DNA of 64,000 bases from NCBI GenBank assembly GCA_963728205.1, contig CAVSIV010000001.1, positions 1,152,001-1,216,000 of the forward strand, written 5' to 3'. The position numbers and the translations under genes were made by a program. Position 1 is the first letter of the stretch. Each line of letters starts with the position of its first letter. Source of the DNA: an uncultured Chloroflexia bacterium (lineage in GTDB: Bacteria > Chloroflexota > Dehalococcoidia > UBA2979). This document shows, one piece after another, positions 22,223 through 32,427 of this stretch. Under the pieces are notes generated by a model. It saw only the letters and a program-made list of their open reading frames with translations, was not told the origin of the DNA and did not search any database.

Positions 22223-23395
22223 TCAGTCGGCCCCCGCCAGCCGCGGCACGAGCGGCTCCGCCACCGCGTCGCGACGCGCGCACCGCCGCGAGGCCGTCGG
22301 GCAGCGCCCGCAGGTCGCGTGCCGCGCGCCCGCCGCACCGGGGCAGCGGGAGCTGCCGATCGATCGCTCGCCGCGCGGCCTTGCGGTCCTCGCGCACGAC
22401 CGCCACCACCGGCATGCCCAGCACGCGCTCGATCTCGTTCGCGGTCGTAGTGCTCGCGTCCCTCCAGGCGGTTCACGACGGCGGCGAACGCGGTCCCGTC
22501 GGGGACGTCGTCCGCGATCCACCGCAGTCCGACCCGCGCATTCCAGACGGAGACGAGAATCGGCGCCGGTCACGAGCAGCACCTCGTCCGCGCAGTCGAG
22601 CACGCTCAGGTCCGCCGGCACGCCGGTGTCGACGACCACCGTCTCGAAGCGCGCCCTGAGCGCGTTCAGCACCCCGGCGAGCAGGTCCCGGGCGCGTGCT
22701 GAGCGCCAGCTCGGGCCGCTCGAAGCCGGCGAGCACCGCGCACCCCGGGCCTTCCTGCAACTCGTCGGTCACCTGCGCGCCGGGCGCCGCGAGGCCCACG
22801 AGGCCGCGCCGCGGATCGAGGTCCAGGTGGGGCGCGACGTTCCCGGTGCGGAGGTCGGCATCGACGAGCGCGACCGACCCGCGCTCGCCCGCGAGCGAGG
22901 CGAGCGCGATGCGCGAGCGTCGTCTTGCCGGTCGAGCCCTTTCCGCTCACGACGGCGACGACACGGCCGCTGCCTTCGCGGTCTTCCCGCGTTCGCGGTT
23001 CGGCAGGCGGTGCGTCCGCCACGGTTGGCCGTGCACCGCGGCTCTCCGCAAGGCGAAGCGCCGACGCGATCTCCCCGCCGCTGGAGGTGGCCGGGAGGAC
23101 GCGCGCGAGGGACGCGAAGGCCTCCGCGTCCGCTCCCGGGGGCGTGAGCGCCACCACCGGCAGCCGGCGTTCGCGCAGCGCCGCGAGCGTCGCCGGGCTC
23201 AACTGGTGCAGGTCGGTAGAGACCAGCGCGACGTCCACGCCCGGCGCCCGCGCCTGCTCCAGCAGGTCGGCCGCGCTGAGGCAGCGGGTGACCACCGTGA
23301 CGCCCTCGCGCGGAAGCTCTCGCGCCAGCCGACGCTCGAGCGCGCGGTCGCCGACGGCGAGCAGCGCGCGGATCGCGAATCGCCTCGCCGCTCAT
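22223..23395 (-). CDS. cpaE: CpaE/TadZ (receiver-like domain plus MinD-like ATPase), frameshifted
   Basis: '[15 protein letters not shown]', 'ALVDADL', 'FETVVVDTG'. Confidence 0.75.
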
Positions 23396-24086
23396 CGTGC
23401 GTCCCCTGCGCGGCGGCTGCGAGCTGCGCAGCAGCGAGCGTGAGCTGCGCGTTCACGACCGCGTCGGCGAAGCGCTCGGCGTCCGCGCCAGGGATGAGGA
23501 GGGTCACGTTGCTGACGCGACCGCTCGCAGCGGCTGAGTCGTGCGCGCCGAGCGTCACGCTCGAGGTCGCGCGCGACACGTCGTAGACCGTCGCGTCGTC
23601 GAGCAGCGTGCTGCTCTGGCTCTGCGGCTGGCCCTTGTCGGTCGTCGCGACGACGGTCACGTGATCGCCCGGGTGGAGCGCCGGGTAGACCGTGTCGGCG
23701 TTCACCGGGACGGTGACCGCGAGCTGGTCGGCGCCGATGGTCGGGACCGAGCCCAGGTCGGGTCGCAGCACGAGCGCGCCGGCGGGGATGGCCTGCTGCG
23801 CGGTCTGCCCGACGAGCGCCGCCAGGTCGGGAGCGGCCACCGCCAGCGCGGCCGGCGGCCCGTCGAGCCGCGCCTGCGCCGTGGTCAGGTCGTCGCTGCT
23901 GATGACGTGCCCCGCCGGGATCGCGTGCGCCGCGATCACCACCGGCTGCGTGATCCGCGCCTGGTCCGCGAGGCGCACGCCGCCGATCACCGCGGCCGCG
24001 ACGAGCACCACGCCCACGAGGAGCCGCACGTCCACGTGCGGCAGCGCTGCCGTTCGCCATCGCCGCCCGGAGGTAGTGATCGCCAT
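23392..24086 (-). CDS. cpaB: CpaB/RcpC SAF-domain protein
   Basis: 'VVIAAHAIPAGHVI', 'LHPGDHVTV'. Confidence 0.8.
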
Positions 24087-24095
24087 CGCCCTGCC

Positions 24096-24374
24096 TCAGC
24101 CTTTGAACTCGTGCCCATTGCGCGCGGGATGTGCCCGCGGTCCCCACCGCCGCCGCGCCACGAACCGCTCGCCGTCTGCCCAGCGCTGCTCGACCTGCTT
24201 CAGCCACGCGCCGAGGAACGACGCGGCCTCGTCTGAGTCGGCGAAGCGACGCTCGGTCTCGGGGTGGCCGTTGCCGGGGTGGCGGATCAGCACACGCAGG
24301 CGCCGTTCCTGGTCGGGCTCAATCCAGGCGCGTACCACCAGCCAGTCGATGAGCGTGCGCGGGTCGCTGGTCAT
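24096..24374 (-). CDS. small hypothetical protein, probably leaderless
   Basis: 'LVVRAWIEP...RRFADSDEAASFL'; TAGCGT lies 7 nt upstream of the ATG. Confidence 0.6.
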   Translation of the reverse strand: MTSDPRTLIDWLVVRAWIEPDQERRLRVLIRHPGNGHPETERRFADSDEAASFLGAWLKQVEQRWADGERFVARRRWGPRAHPARNGHEFKG

Positions 24375-24381
24375 GCCGGCG

Positions 24382-24525
24382 ACGCTACCCGACGCGCGTC
24401 TCAAGTCGCGCCACAGGTCTTCGCCGCACCGCCCTTCGCGGGTCGAACGGCGATCGCTCGAACGCCGACTCCCGACCGATCCGGATTCGCAACGGCGTCG
24501 CGCAACTTCGGCGCGAATTGAGACG
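24382..24525. promoter_or_regulatory. divergent promoter region with inverted 16-bp motif
   Basis: CGTCTCAAGTCGCGCC (24397-24412) versus GGCGCGAATTGAGACG (24510-24525), 15/16 inverted match. Confidence 0.55.
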
Positions 24526-24639
24526 GGTCTGCGATGCCGCCACCGCAACAACGCATGCAATGCGCGCGTTGGACGGAGCAGACGCAGGTCTGCCGCGTCG
24601 CCGAGACCGGCGGCGGCGCGGCGTGCGGGGGACCCTCCG

Positions 24640-25425
24640 GTGACCGCAGAGCCGAGCACAGCACCGCGGCCTGGCCGCCTTCAGCAGGCGCGTACCCCGC
24701 GCTGGCGCGTGTGCCTGCTCCCCGCCTTCGCCCTGCGGGCCGGGGAAGTTCCGGTCAAGGTGCCCGCGGCCGGGCGCCGCCTCGCCACTTTGCTCGCGCT
24801 CTACCCGGGACCGCTGACGGCACAGCAGGCGGCGTCGATGCTCTGGCCCCGCCTGTCCGAGCGCCAGGCAGCGTCGAGCCTGCGGACCGCGCGCTGGCGG
24901 GTGCGCGCAGCGAGCCCCTCGCTCCTCGTCGACGACCCGTCAGGGCTGCGGCTGCATCCCGACGTCACGGTGGACGCATGGGAGCTCGAAGCGCTCGCGC
25001 TCGACATGACCGAGCGTCCCGCGGACGTGATCGACACGGATCCGCGCCGGTTCGCGGCCGAGCTGCTGCCCGACTCCCGCGACGACTGGGTGCTCGCGCA
25101 GCACGCCCACCTCCGTGAGCTCTGCCTGCGCGCGGTCGAGGCGCAGGCGCGCCACTACCTCGCCTCGTCCGACTACGGCTCCGCGAGCAATGCCATCTAC
25201 GTGGCGATCACGATGGAGCCGGAGCGCGAGAGCGCTACGCGGACGCTGATGGAGATCGATCTCGCAGAGGGGAACCAGATCGACGCAGTGCGCGCCTATT
25301 TGCGCCTCGAACAGCGACTGGCGAGGGACGGCACCGCGCCGTCCAATGCGCTCCGCGCGCTCGTCGCACCGCTGCTCGACCAGCTCGCCCCCGGCGCGGC
25401 CGAGCGACTCTTGCGCTGGAGCTAA
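24640..25425 (+). CDS. SARP/AfsR-type transcriptional activator (wHTH plus BTAD)
   Basis: 'LLALYPG...LWP...SLRTARWRV', 'VDAWE', 'LLPD...WV', 'EPERES...LM...AEGN...A.RAY', 'PSNAL'. Confidence 0.85.
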   Translation: MTAEPSTAPRPGRLQQARTPRWRVCLLPAFALRAGEVPVKVPAAGRRLATLLALYPGPLTAQQAASMLWPRLSERQAASSLRTARWRVRAASPSLLVDDPSGLRLHPDVTVDAWELEALALDMTERPADVIDTDPRRFAAELLPDSRDDWVLAQHAHLRELCLRAVEAQARHYLASSDYGSASNAIYVAITMEPERESATRTLMEIDLAEGNQIDAVRAYLRLEQRLARDGTAPSNALRALVAPLLDQLAPGAAERLLRWS

Positions 25426-25587
25426 CGGCCTCTCGTGCCCAGGACAGACGAACTCCGCCGGAACAGATGCGTTGCCGATCCACCCATCTGCTCTCGACGA
25501 GCGGTGAAGCGAAGAGCCCACCCTTGACGCCTCCGCGACGCGGTGTACTGTACATATAGTACATTCACTGTATGAGGGGGGTGGCTT

Positions 25588-26037
25588 GTGGAAGAGATCG
25601 ACTTCACGCTCGACGGCGACCGGTACCACTTGAGCCGGGAATCGGTGATCCGCGCGATGCGGAAGCAGACTCCCGGTCGCATTCAGACCTACGCCGTTGA
25701 CGTCGAGGGCGTGCGATTCCCTGTGAAGCAGGTCCTAGCTCAGGCCCTCCAAATCCCGGTAACCACGTTCGTGTCCACGAGAGCGCAGGATCTGCTCGAG
25801 AAGCTCGACTTCAAGGTCATCAATGTCGAGATGGACGACGCGAGTTCCGGTGTCGATACACCAGAGGGACAGCGAGCGCTCGCCCTGCAGCTCGCCGTGG
25901 AACTTCTGAAGATGCGATCAGACGCGCAAGCCGCCGACGCCGTCGCTGCGGCTTCGGACTTCCTGCGCTGGTTGACAGCCTCGTCAGCGGCGGTGCCCAA
26001 CCCGAACTCGCTGCCGAAGCCACGCGCGGCGTCCTAG
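25588..26037 (+). CDS. SCO5918/ScoMcrA-head-like putative DNA-binding protein
   Basis: 'YAVDVEGVRFPVKQVL...FVSTRAQDLLEKLDF' pattern, recognised by eye only. Confidence 0.55.
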   Translation: MEEIDFTLDGDRYHLSRESVIRAMRKQTPGRIQTYAVDVEGVRFPVKQVLAQALQIPVTTFVSTRAQDLLEKLDFKVINVEMDDASSGVDTPEGQRALALQLAVELLKMRSDAQAADAVAAASDFLRWLTASSAAVPNPNSLPKPRAAS

Positions 26038-26212
26038 CGGCCACGTGGGTAGGCCCTGGCACTCCGTTCTGCGACCACCGCGCATGCGAGCTGGCTGCGG
26101 TCGTGCGTGCACAAATCGGCGGTGCTGCAAACCCCGTCACACAGTACGACCGCGACTTGGGCCTGACTGAGCACGAGCGCGTCGACCCGATCGGATGGTC
26201 CGCCGCTGGGAA

Positions 26213-26497
26213 CTACTGCTTTGGCCGTCGCCCTCGGCGAGCGGCTGATGCGCTCTTCTTCCACACCAGTGTGCGCTGATGCCCGTCCGTCCAACTCGAA
26301 CGAACGTTGATGCCGAGTTTCGCGGCGGCATCGGCAAGCCGTCGCTTCACGGTCGACGCAACTTCCCCTCGCTCGAGTGCGATCTGTCCCGCGTCAGCGG
26401 CGCGCAGAGCATCGAGATATGGCTTCCGTGCTGCGACCGCGGAACGCTCTCGTCCGATGCTGACTTCCTCTGGCTTCAACTGGACGAACTTCGGCAC
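26213..26497 (-). CDS. small basic hypothetical protein, possibly DNA-binding
   Basis: 'GEVASTVKRRLADAAAKLG' and basic tail. Confidence 0.55.
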   Translation of the reverse strand: MPKFVQLKPEEVSIGRERSAVAARKPYLDALRAADAGQIALERGEVASTVKRRLADAAAKLGINVRSSWTDGHQRTLVWKKSASAARRGRRPKQ

Positions 26498-26634
26498 GAA
26501 CTTCCCTCGTCTCTTCCAGCCGGGATTCCAGTGACGATAGCGTCCTCCTGGCCGGCCGCGAACGCCACTCTCCGAAACACATGAGTTCGCGCAGCAATCC
26601 GTATCGCCCATTGAAGCCGAGGGAGGGCTCTCAC

Positions 26635-27802
26635 ATGCCACAGGGACGCTCGTTCACGCGCGAGGAACTGCATGCCTTCGTGTGGTCCGAACCGGTCAGC
26701 AAGAATCGCGCCGCGCTTCGGAACCTCCGGCGTCACGCTCGCGAAGATCTGTGCCGGCGCGCGCATCCCGGTGCCGCAACGCGGGTACTGGGCGAAGCGT
26801 CAGTTCGGGAAGCACGTCGAGCCCGATCCGCTTCCTCTGCGCGCGCCCGGTCAGTTCGCACGGGTCTACGTTGGCTCGCGGAGGCCCGGCCGTTCGTTCC
26901 CCACGGTCGACGACCAGCAGCGCGCGCTGGTCGCGCCGGAGTTCCCCGACGACATCGTCGAGCTCACCGCGGCCGTTCGCCTGCGCGTTGGACGCCCACG
27001 CGCGCCGCGTCTCGAGCACCGTACGCACCCGCTCATCGATCGGTTGCTCCAGGAAGAGCGGCAGCGGCAGGGCGACGCCACGACCCCGACGTACATGCGC
27101 CGCGAGCCTCGGTTCGCGTCACCCCTCGACCGGCGCCGACTGCGCATCGTGAACGGCATCTTCCTCGCCGTTTCCCGCGTCGACGCGCGTCCCGGGCTCC
27201 AGGACTTCGGCGAGCTGCGCTTCGGGGTCACCGTGAGCGACACGTGGGTGCCATTCGTCATCGAGCGCGCCGCCTCACACAGCCGGCGGACCTCTGAGGC
27301 GCACGCGTCACTCGAGCTGCGCATCGATGTGCGCGACGTCTCGCACGACCTCGGTGCGTGGGACGAGCGGGAGCGCCCACTCGAGGAGCAACTCGGCGAC
27401 ATCGTCACCCGCATCGTCGTCGCTGGCGAGATCGTCTACCGCCACTGGGAGCGCGAGGTCTACGACTACACCGTCGCCGAGCGGCAGCGCCGCCGCGACG
27501 AGGCGGTGCGGATCGAGCGCGAGCGGCGCGAGGCCGATGACCGGGCACGCGTCAAGCGGCTGCTGCGAGAGGCGGGGTGCTTCCGCGACGCCGCCGTCAT
27601 CCGCGACTACGTCGCCGCCGCTCGAGCGGCGCACGCGGACGCCGCGGAGCCCGTCGACCGCGAGCGGTTCGAGGCGTGGGCGACTCGGGCGCTCACGCAG
27701 GCCGATCGCCTTGATCCCGTTACCTCCGGCGAGTACCTGCGCGAATCCGACAGCCCTGTGAGCGGCGATCGTGTGAGCGGCGAGCACCTGCCGTTTGCCT
27801 GA
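26635..27802 (+). CDS. conserved mobile-element hypothetical protein with N-terminal HTH-like motif, frameshifted near the start
   Basis: 'TREELHAFVWSEP...FGTSGVTLAKIC...IPVPQRGYWAK'. Confidence 0.7.
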
Positions 27803-28043
27803 GCGACCGGGATCCTCCGCGCGGTGAGCGGCGCGTGGCGTGCGCGGTGTGGGCGAGCGGCTCTCGCACGAAGCGTGTGCGTGTCCAGATCACCAATCAT
27901 CCGAGGGCAATTTCGCTCCAACTTCGCACCAACCCGGCGACGAAGCTGCGCGAATGCGCCCGTTCCGCGTGACCGACCGCCGGACGGCCGCGCGCTCCAG
28001 CCTCTCCCTGGCTCATGGGGCGCTCGCGCGGACCGATCCGAAG

Positions 28044-28118
28044 TTGGCGCGAATCTGGATGGGTTGGCGCTATCTGGGTGCGATCTTGGACCGATCTGGG
28101 ACCTCCGCTGCGTAGCGT
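28044..28118 (+). promoter_or_regulatory. 11-bp-period direct-repeat promoter, copy 3, upstream of the primase/anti-defence operon
   Basis: TTGGCGCTATCTGGGTGCGATCTTGGACCGATCTGGGACCT (28064-28104), 8 nt, then TAGCGT. Confidence 0.75.
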
Positions 28119-28676
28119 CTTCCTCGTAGTCAGTGCGTTTCGCCGGTACCGCCGCTCCCAGGAGCAGAGAAACCGACGCGGATCGCTCATCCGGCATGCC
28201 GGGGCGGATCGCCTCCACGAGGAAACGAGCAACGCGCTCTCCCCACCCGACAGCGAATCGAGCCGACAGCAAGCAAGGGATCCGTAGGAAGGAGGACTCG
28301 GAGACCGATTTCTGACCAGCGAATACGAACGACGAGAGGAGCAGGCAAGAGACAAGGACTCCCACGCAGCCCGGGCCAGGCGCCCGGATCGACATCGACA
28401 ACGACGTGATCGCGTGGCTCGGGCACGAGCGGAGGCCCGTGCGCCTGCACGAGATCGCGCCGGCAGAGGAGCTCCGACGGCATCGCCTCGGAGCTTCTCC
28501 GTTCCGGAGAGGAGACGACGGACGTGAACCGACGACATGACGGGCGACGACGTGACCGACGACAGCGACGGCTGCTGCGCGTGGTCGCCGCTGCCGGCAC
28601 GGCCACCTGGGTCGCAGCGCTGGTGATGAAGGTCGTGACGCTGCGGTGACGCAGCACGCCGGAAGGGACTGGACCG

Positions 28677-29291
28677 ATGGCCAGTAGAAGGAGAACACGG
28701 GGGCGGCGCGCGATCGCCCGTGCCGCAACGGTGCTCAGCCGGGCGCGGTCCGCCTGCCGTCGCACCGCGGCGTCGGCGGCGCGCGCAATCGTCGGGCGGC
28801 TGCGGCCGTGGAAACCGGCGGTCGCGGTGGACGTGCGCGGGCAGCGCGGCCGCCGCCTGCGCGGAACGGTCGGGCGCGTCACGCGCGAGCACCTGCGCGC
28901 CCTCGGCGTGCAGCCGCCCGCGCACCTGCTCGTGGTCGTGCAGCGCAGCGTCGCGGACGGCGACCGCCCGCTCGCGGCGCTGCTGCAGGTCTTCGACGAC
29001 GGCGCTCGACGCCGGCACGTGCTGTTCCTGGCGCTCTCGTCCGGGAACCGCCAGCTCAGCGACGACGACGTCGTGGCGACGCTGCGCCAGCAGCTGCACC
29101 AGGTCGTGGGCGACGAACTCGGGACGCTCCAGCTCAGTGCGCCGGTCGAGCCGGTGCGTGCGCCGCAGCCGGCGCCGGTCGTGCCGATCCGGCGCGAACC
29201 GGAGCCGCCGCCGTTCGACGACGCACCGCCGGCGGCAGAGGCATTCGACGCCTACGACGGCGACGCGTTCGCCGTCGGGGCACAGCGATAA
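28677..29291 (+). CDS. hypothetical protein
   Basis: 204-aa ORF with high-GC3 codon usage, in operon orientation. Confidence 0.6.
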   Translation: MASRRRTRGRRAIARAATVLSRARSACRRTAASAARAIVGRLRPWKPAVAVDVRGQRGRRLRGTVGRVTREHLRALGVQPPAHLLVVVQRSVADGDRPLAALLQVFDDGARRRHVLFLALSSGNRQLSDDDVVATLRQQLHQVVGDELGTLQLSAPVEPVRAPQPAPVVPIRREPEPPPFDDAPPAAEAFDAYDGDAFAVGAQR

Positions 29292-29301
29292 GGAAGGGAC
29301 G

Positions 29302-30291
29302 ATGACACAGACACAGGAACTGGTGCTCACCAGCCTCGGTGAGCTCGCACGGGTCCGCGACCGCTTCGCCGACGCGCGGGTGCCCGACGCGATGGCGCTC
29401 GTGCCCGTGGTCGCGGCCAGCGGTCCGGAGGAGATCGCCGCGCTCGCGCGCTCCGCGCGGCGCGCGCTCGATGAACTCGAGGCGCTCGTCGCGAGCGACC
29501 GCCAACGTCGGCGCGAGGCCGAGCAGTGCCTCGCGCGCTGGCAGAGGCTGCGCGACGAGAGCGCGCGCGTCCGCGGCATCGCGGAGGAGATGCGCGCCGC
29601 GGCCGAGCGGGCCACCGGTCTCGGCACGGCTGCGCTGGACGACGCAGCCCGCCGGGCCGCGGAGGGCGTCGCCGCCACGGCGGGTCGCCTCGCGACGCAG
29701 GCCGAGGTGCACGCCGAGACGCTCGCGAGCGAGGCCGACCGCCTCGCCGAGCGCGACGACGTGAGCAGGCTCCTCGCGGAGGAGCGGACGAAGGAGGTGG
29801 AGACGGAGCTGCGTGAGCGGCTGGCGCTGGCCGGGACATACCTGGACGGCGGCAGATACAACGAGGCCCGGCGACTGCTGGATTCTCTTGGCGGACAACT
29901 CAGCAGCGTGCCGGACCTCGAACGAACGTTCGAAACGCTACGACGGCGCGACGAGGCCGTCAAGGTTCGGACCGCCGAGCTGGCGCTGCGCGAGGCGCGG
30001 CGCTGCCACCGGCGCGAACCCGCGCGCGCGCTCGACCTCATCGAGCCGCTCGCGCTCGACGAGCTGCCCGACGAACTCGCCCGTCACCTCTACGGGCTCT
30101 GGCTCACCGCCTGCCGGCGGCTGGGCCTGATCGCGGCGGTTCACTACCGCGCCGGCTTCGGCCGGGGCGCGGTGCTGGTTCCCGCGTCCGACGGCCGCTG
30201 GGAGGTCGTCTCCGCCGTCGGGCTGCGCGGCTGGCAGCGCGGCGGACGCTTCGCGCCCCAGGCATTGCGGGGCGCACGCCCGCTCGCCTGA
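29302..30291 (+). CDS. coiled-coil hypothetical protein
   Basis: AAGGAAGG RBS; long E/R/A-rich helices. Confidence 0.7.
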   Translation: MTQTQELVLTSLGELARVRDRFADARVPDAMALVPVVAASGPEEIAALARSARRALDELEALVASDRQRRREAEQCLARWQRLRDESARVRGIAEEMRAAAERATGLGTAALDDAARRAAEGVAATAGRLATQAEVHAETLASEADRLAERDDVSRLLAEERTKEVETELRERLALAGTYLDGGRYNEARRLLDSLGGQLSSVPDLERTFETLRRRDEAVKVRTAELALREARRCHRREPARALDLIEPLALDELPDELARHLYGLWLTACRRLGLIAAVHYRAGFGRGAVLVPASDGRWEVVSAVGLRGWQRGGRFAPQALRGARPLA

Positions 30292-30307
30292 ACCCATCGA
30301 GACATCC

Positions 30308-30419
30308 GCGCAGACCTGTCCTCTTCGGGGCCGCCTTCGGGCGGCCCCGACATCGTCGCGCCCGAAATCGGGGGTGACGCGCGCCCGCATCCGGGCGCGC
30401 CGAGGCAAGCAGGTTGCGC
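30308..30419 (+). ncRNA. predicted four-way-junction structure (RNA leader or ssDNA signal)
   Basis: Outer stem encloses three hairpins, one with a cUUCGg loop. Confidence 0.45.
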
Positions 30420-30436
30420 AGTGAACGGAGAAAGAC

Positions 30437-30754
30437 ATGTTCGACGAGAAGAGTCGCTTCGGAGCGGCGGCGGTGGGCGTGTGGGAGCGCTCGCACCGCG
30501 AGTACGCGGGCTGGCCGCCCGCCGAACAGGCGGTCGCACGGGCCGCCATTGAGTCGCTGTCCGCGCAGCTGGCGGAGTGCGCCGATGAGCACGGGCTGCA
30601 CGAGCAGTACTGGGCCTTCGGGGATCCGCTGGGACAGGTGCTGCAGGCGCAGCTCCCGCCGGGGTTCGACCCCGAGCGGCTGCTCACGCTCGAGGAGGCG
30701 TGCCTCTGGCTGCGCCTGCTCGAGCTGCGGGGGACGCCGCCCTGTTCGACGTAG
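30437..30754 (+). CDS. hypothetical protein
   Basis: 105 aa, GGAG RBS. Confidence 0.65.
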   Translation: MFDEKSRFGAAAVGVWERSHREYAGWPPAEQAVARAAIESLSAQLAECADEHGLHEQYWAFGDPLGQVLQAQLPPGFDPERLLTLEEACLWLRLLELRGTPPCST

Positions 30755-31801
30755 CCGCAATCCGCGCCCAGCACCCGATCGCCGAGACGGTGCGCGGCGC
30801 CGGCATCGAGCTCACGCGGAGCGGGCGGCGCCTGCTGGGGCGCTGCCCGTTCCACGCCGACCGCGATCCGAGCTTCGTCGTCTACGCGGACACGAGCAGC
30901 TGGTTCTGCTTCGGCTGCAACGCCGGCGGCGACGTCATCGACTTCGTCGGCCGGCTGCGGGGCACGCCGTTTCGGGAGACGGCGGAGCGGCTCGCGACGA
31001 GCGCGCCCGCGCCGCCCGCGAACGTTGCGCCCCTCCGTCCGCGCCGAGCGCCGCCGGCGCTCGACGCGTGCGCGCTCGCGGTCGTCGAAGCCGCGACGGC
31101 GTACTACGAGCTGGCGCCGGCCGACCGTGCCGCGTGGTCGTACCTCCGCGCTCGCGGAATCGACGTGGCGACCGCGCGCCGGCACCGGCTCGGCTACGCA
31201 CGGGGCGGGCTCGCACGCCATCTCCACGACCGCGGCCTGAGCCAGGACGTGGCGCGGCAGCTCGGGCTGCTCTCCCGCGACCGCGACGCCCTGGCCGGAC
31301 GGCTCGTGGTGCCGAACCTCGACCGCCGCGGACGGGCGCGCTGGCTGACCGCTCGCGCGCTCGGCGCGGGCGAGCCGCGCTACCTCAACCTGCGCGCGCC
31401 GGTGCCGCTGCTCGGCCTGGCGCGCACGCGCGGCGTGGCGCCGCGCGGTCGTCGTCACCGAGGGACCGTTCGACTGGCTCACGGCCAGCGGCTGGGGCCT
31501 CCACAGCCTGGCGCTCCTCGGGACGCACGTCTCGCTCGACGCGCTCGCGGCGCTCCGCTCCTTCCGGCGCGTCTACGTCGCGCTCGACGCCGACGAGGCC
31601 GGCCGCCAGGCGGCCGCGCGCATCGCGGGCGAGCTGGGCGAGCGGGCGGTGGTCGTGACGCTCCCACCCGGGGCGCACGACCTGAGCGAGCTCGGAACGC
31701 GGCGCGATGGCCGCGCGGCGTTTCTCCGCTCGCTCTACCGCGCACGCGCACGGAGGCAGGGATCGTGGTCGAGATCCGCGGGCAGCGCCCGCGCCGCCTG
31801 A
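30700..31801 (+). CDS. DnaG-like primase (CHC2 zinc finger plus TOPRIM), frameshifted near 31440
   Basis: 'CPFHADRDPSF...WFCFGCNAGGDVIDF', 'YLRARGI', 'YLN', 'TEGPFD', 'LDADEAG'. Confidence 0.88.
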
Positions 31802-32427
31802 GCCGCGCCGCCCTCGAGGCGCTGCGGCAGCCGCTCGCGCCGGAGCTCGTCTCCGAGCGCACCACCGACGACGGCGAGGTCCTCCGCTACCTGGAGGGCT
31901 GGCGCGTCATCGAGCAGGCCAACGCGATCTTCGGCCACGACCGCTGGGGCGTGGAGCTCGTGGGCGAGGTCGCCTACCGCGCCGTCCCCGCGGCCGGCCG
32001 TCCGCGCGCCGAGGCCGCGGGCCTCTACACGGCGACGGTCCGCGTCACGGTCGACGGCGCGTTGCCGCACGCAGACGTCGGCGTCGGCATCGTCGCCGAG
32101 CCGACGCCGGAGGCGCACGCGACGGCCTACAAGGCGGCCGTCACCGATGCCCTCAAGCGGGCGTTCCGCCACTTTGGTCCCCAGTTCGGTGGGGACCTGG
32201 CACGGGGCGCCGAAGGCACGCCGGCGGCAGACGACCCGCCCGACGAGCTGCGCCGCCGCGTGCTCGACATCGCGGCGCGCGCCGGCTCCGACGAGGCGCG
32301 CACGCGCGAGTGGATCTCGCAGCACTACGGCTGCCCGCTCGAGGAACTCGACGGGCGGCCGCTCGCACACGCCGTGGCCGCGCTCTCCCGCGGCCTCGAG
32401 CGCCGCAACGGCCACCACGCGGCCTGA
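31765..32427 (+). CDS. Rad52/Rad22 (Sak-like) single-strand annealing protein
   Basis: 'YLEGWRVIEQANAIFGHDRW', 'KAAVTDALKRAFRHFG'. Confidence 0.85.
   Translation: MVEIRGQRPRRLSRAALEALRQPLAPELVSERTTDDGEVLRYLEGWRVIEQANAIFGHDRWGVELVGEVAYRAVPAAGRPRAEAAGLYTATVRVTVDGALPHADVGVGIVAEPTPEAHATAYKAAVTDALKRAFRHFGPQFGGDLARGAEGTPAADDPPDELRRRVLDIAARAGSDEARTREWISQHYGCPLEELDGRPLAHAVAALSRGLERRNGHHAA

Noticed and set aside
30700-32427. Apparent primase-Rad52 fusion of 575 aa
   Set aside because: The TOPRIM motifs continue in another frame after about 31440 and stop at 31801; Rad52 has its own GGAGG RBS and GTG start
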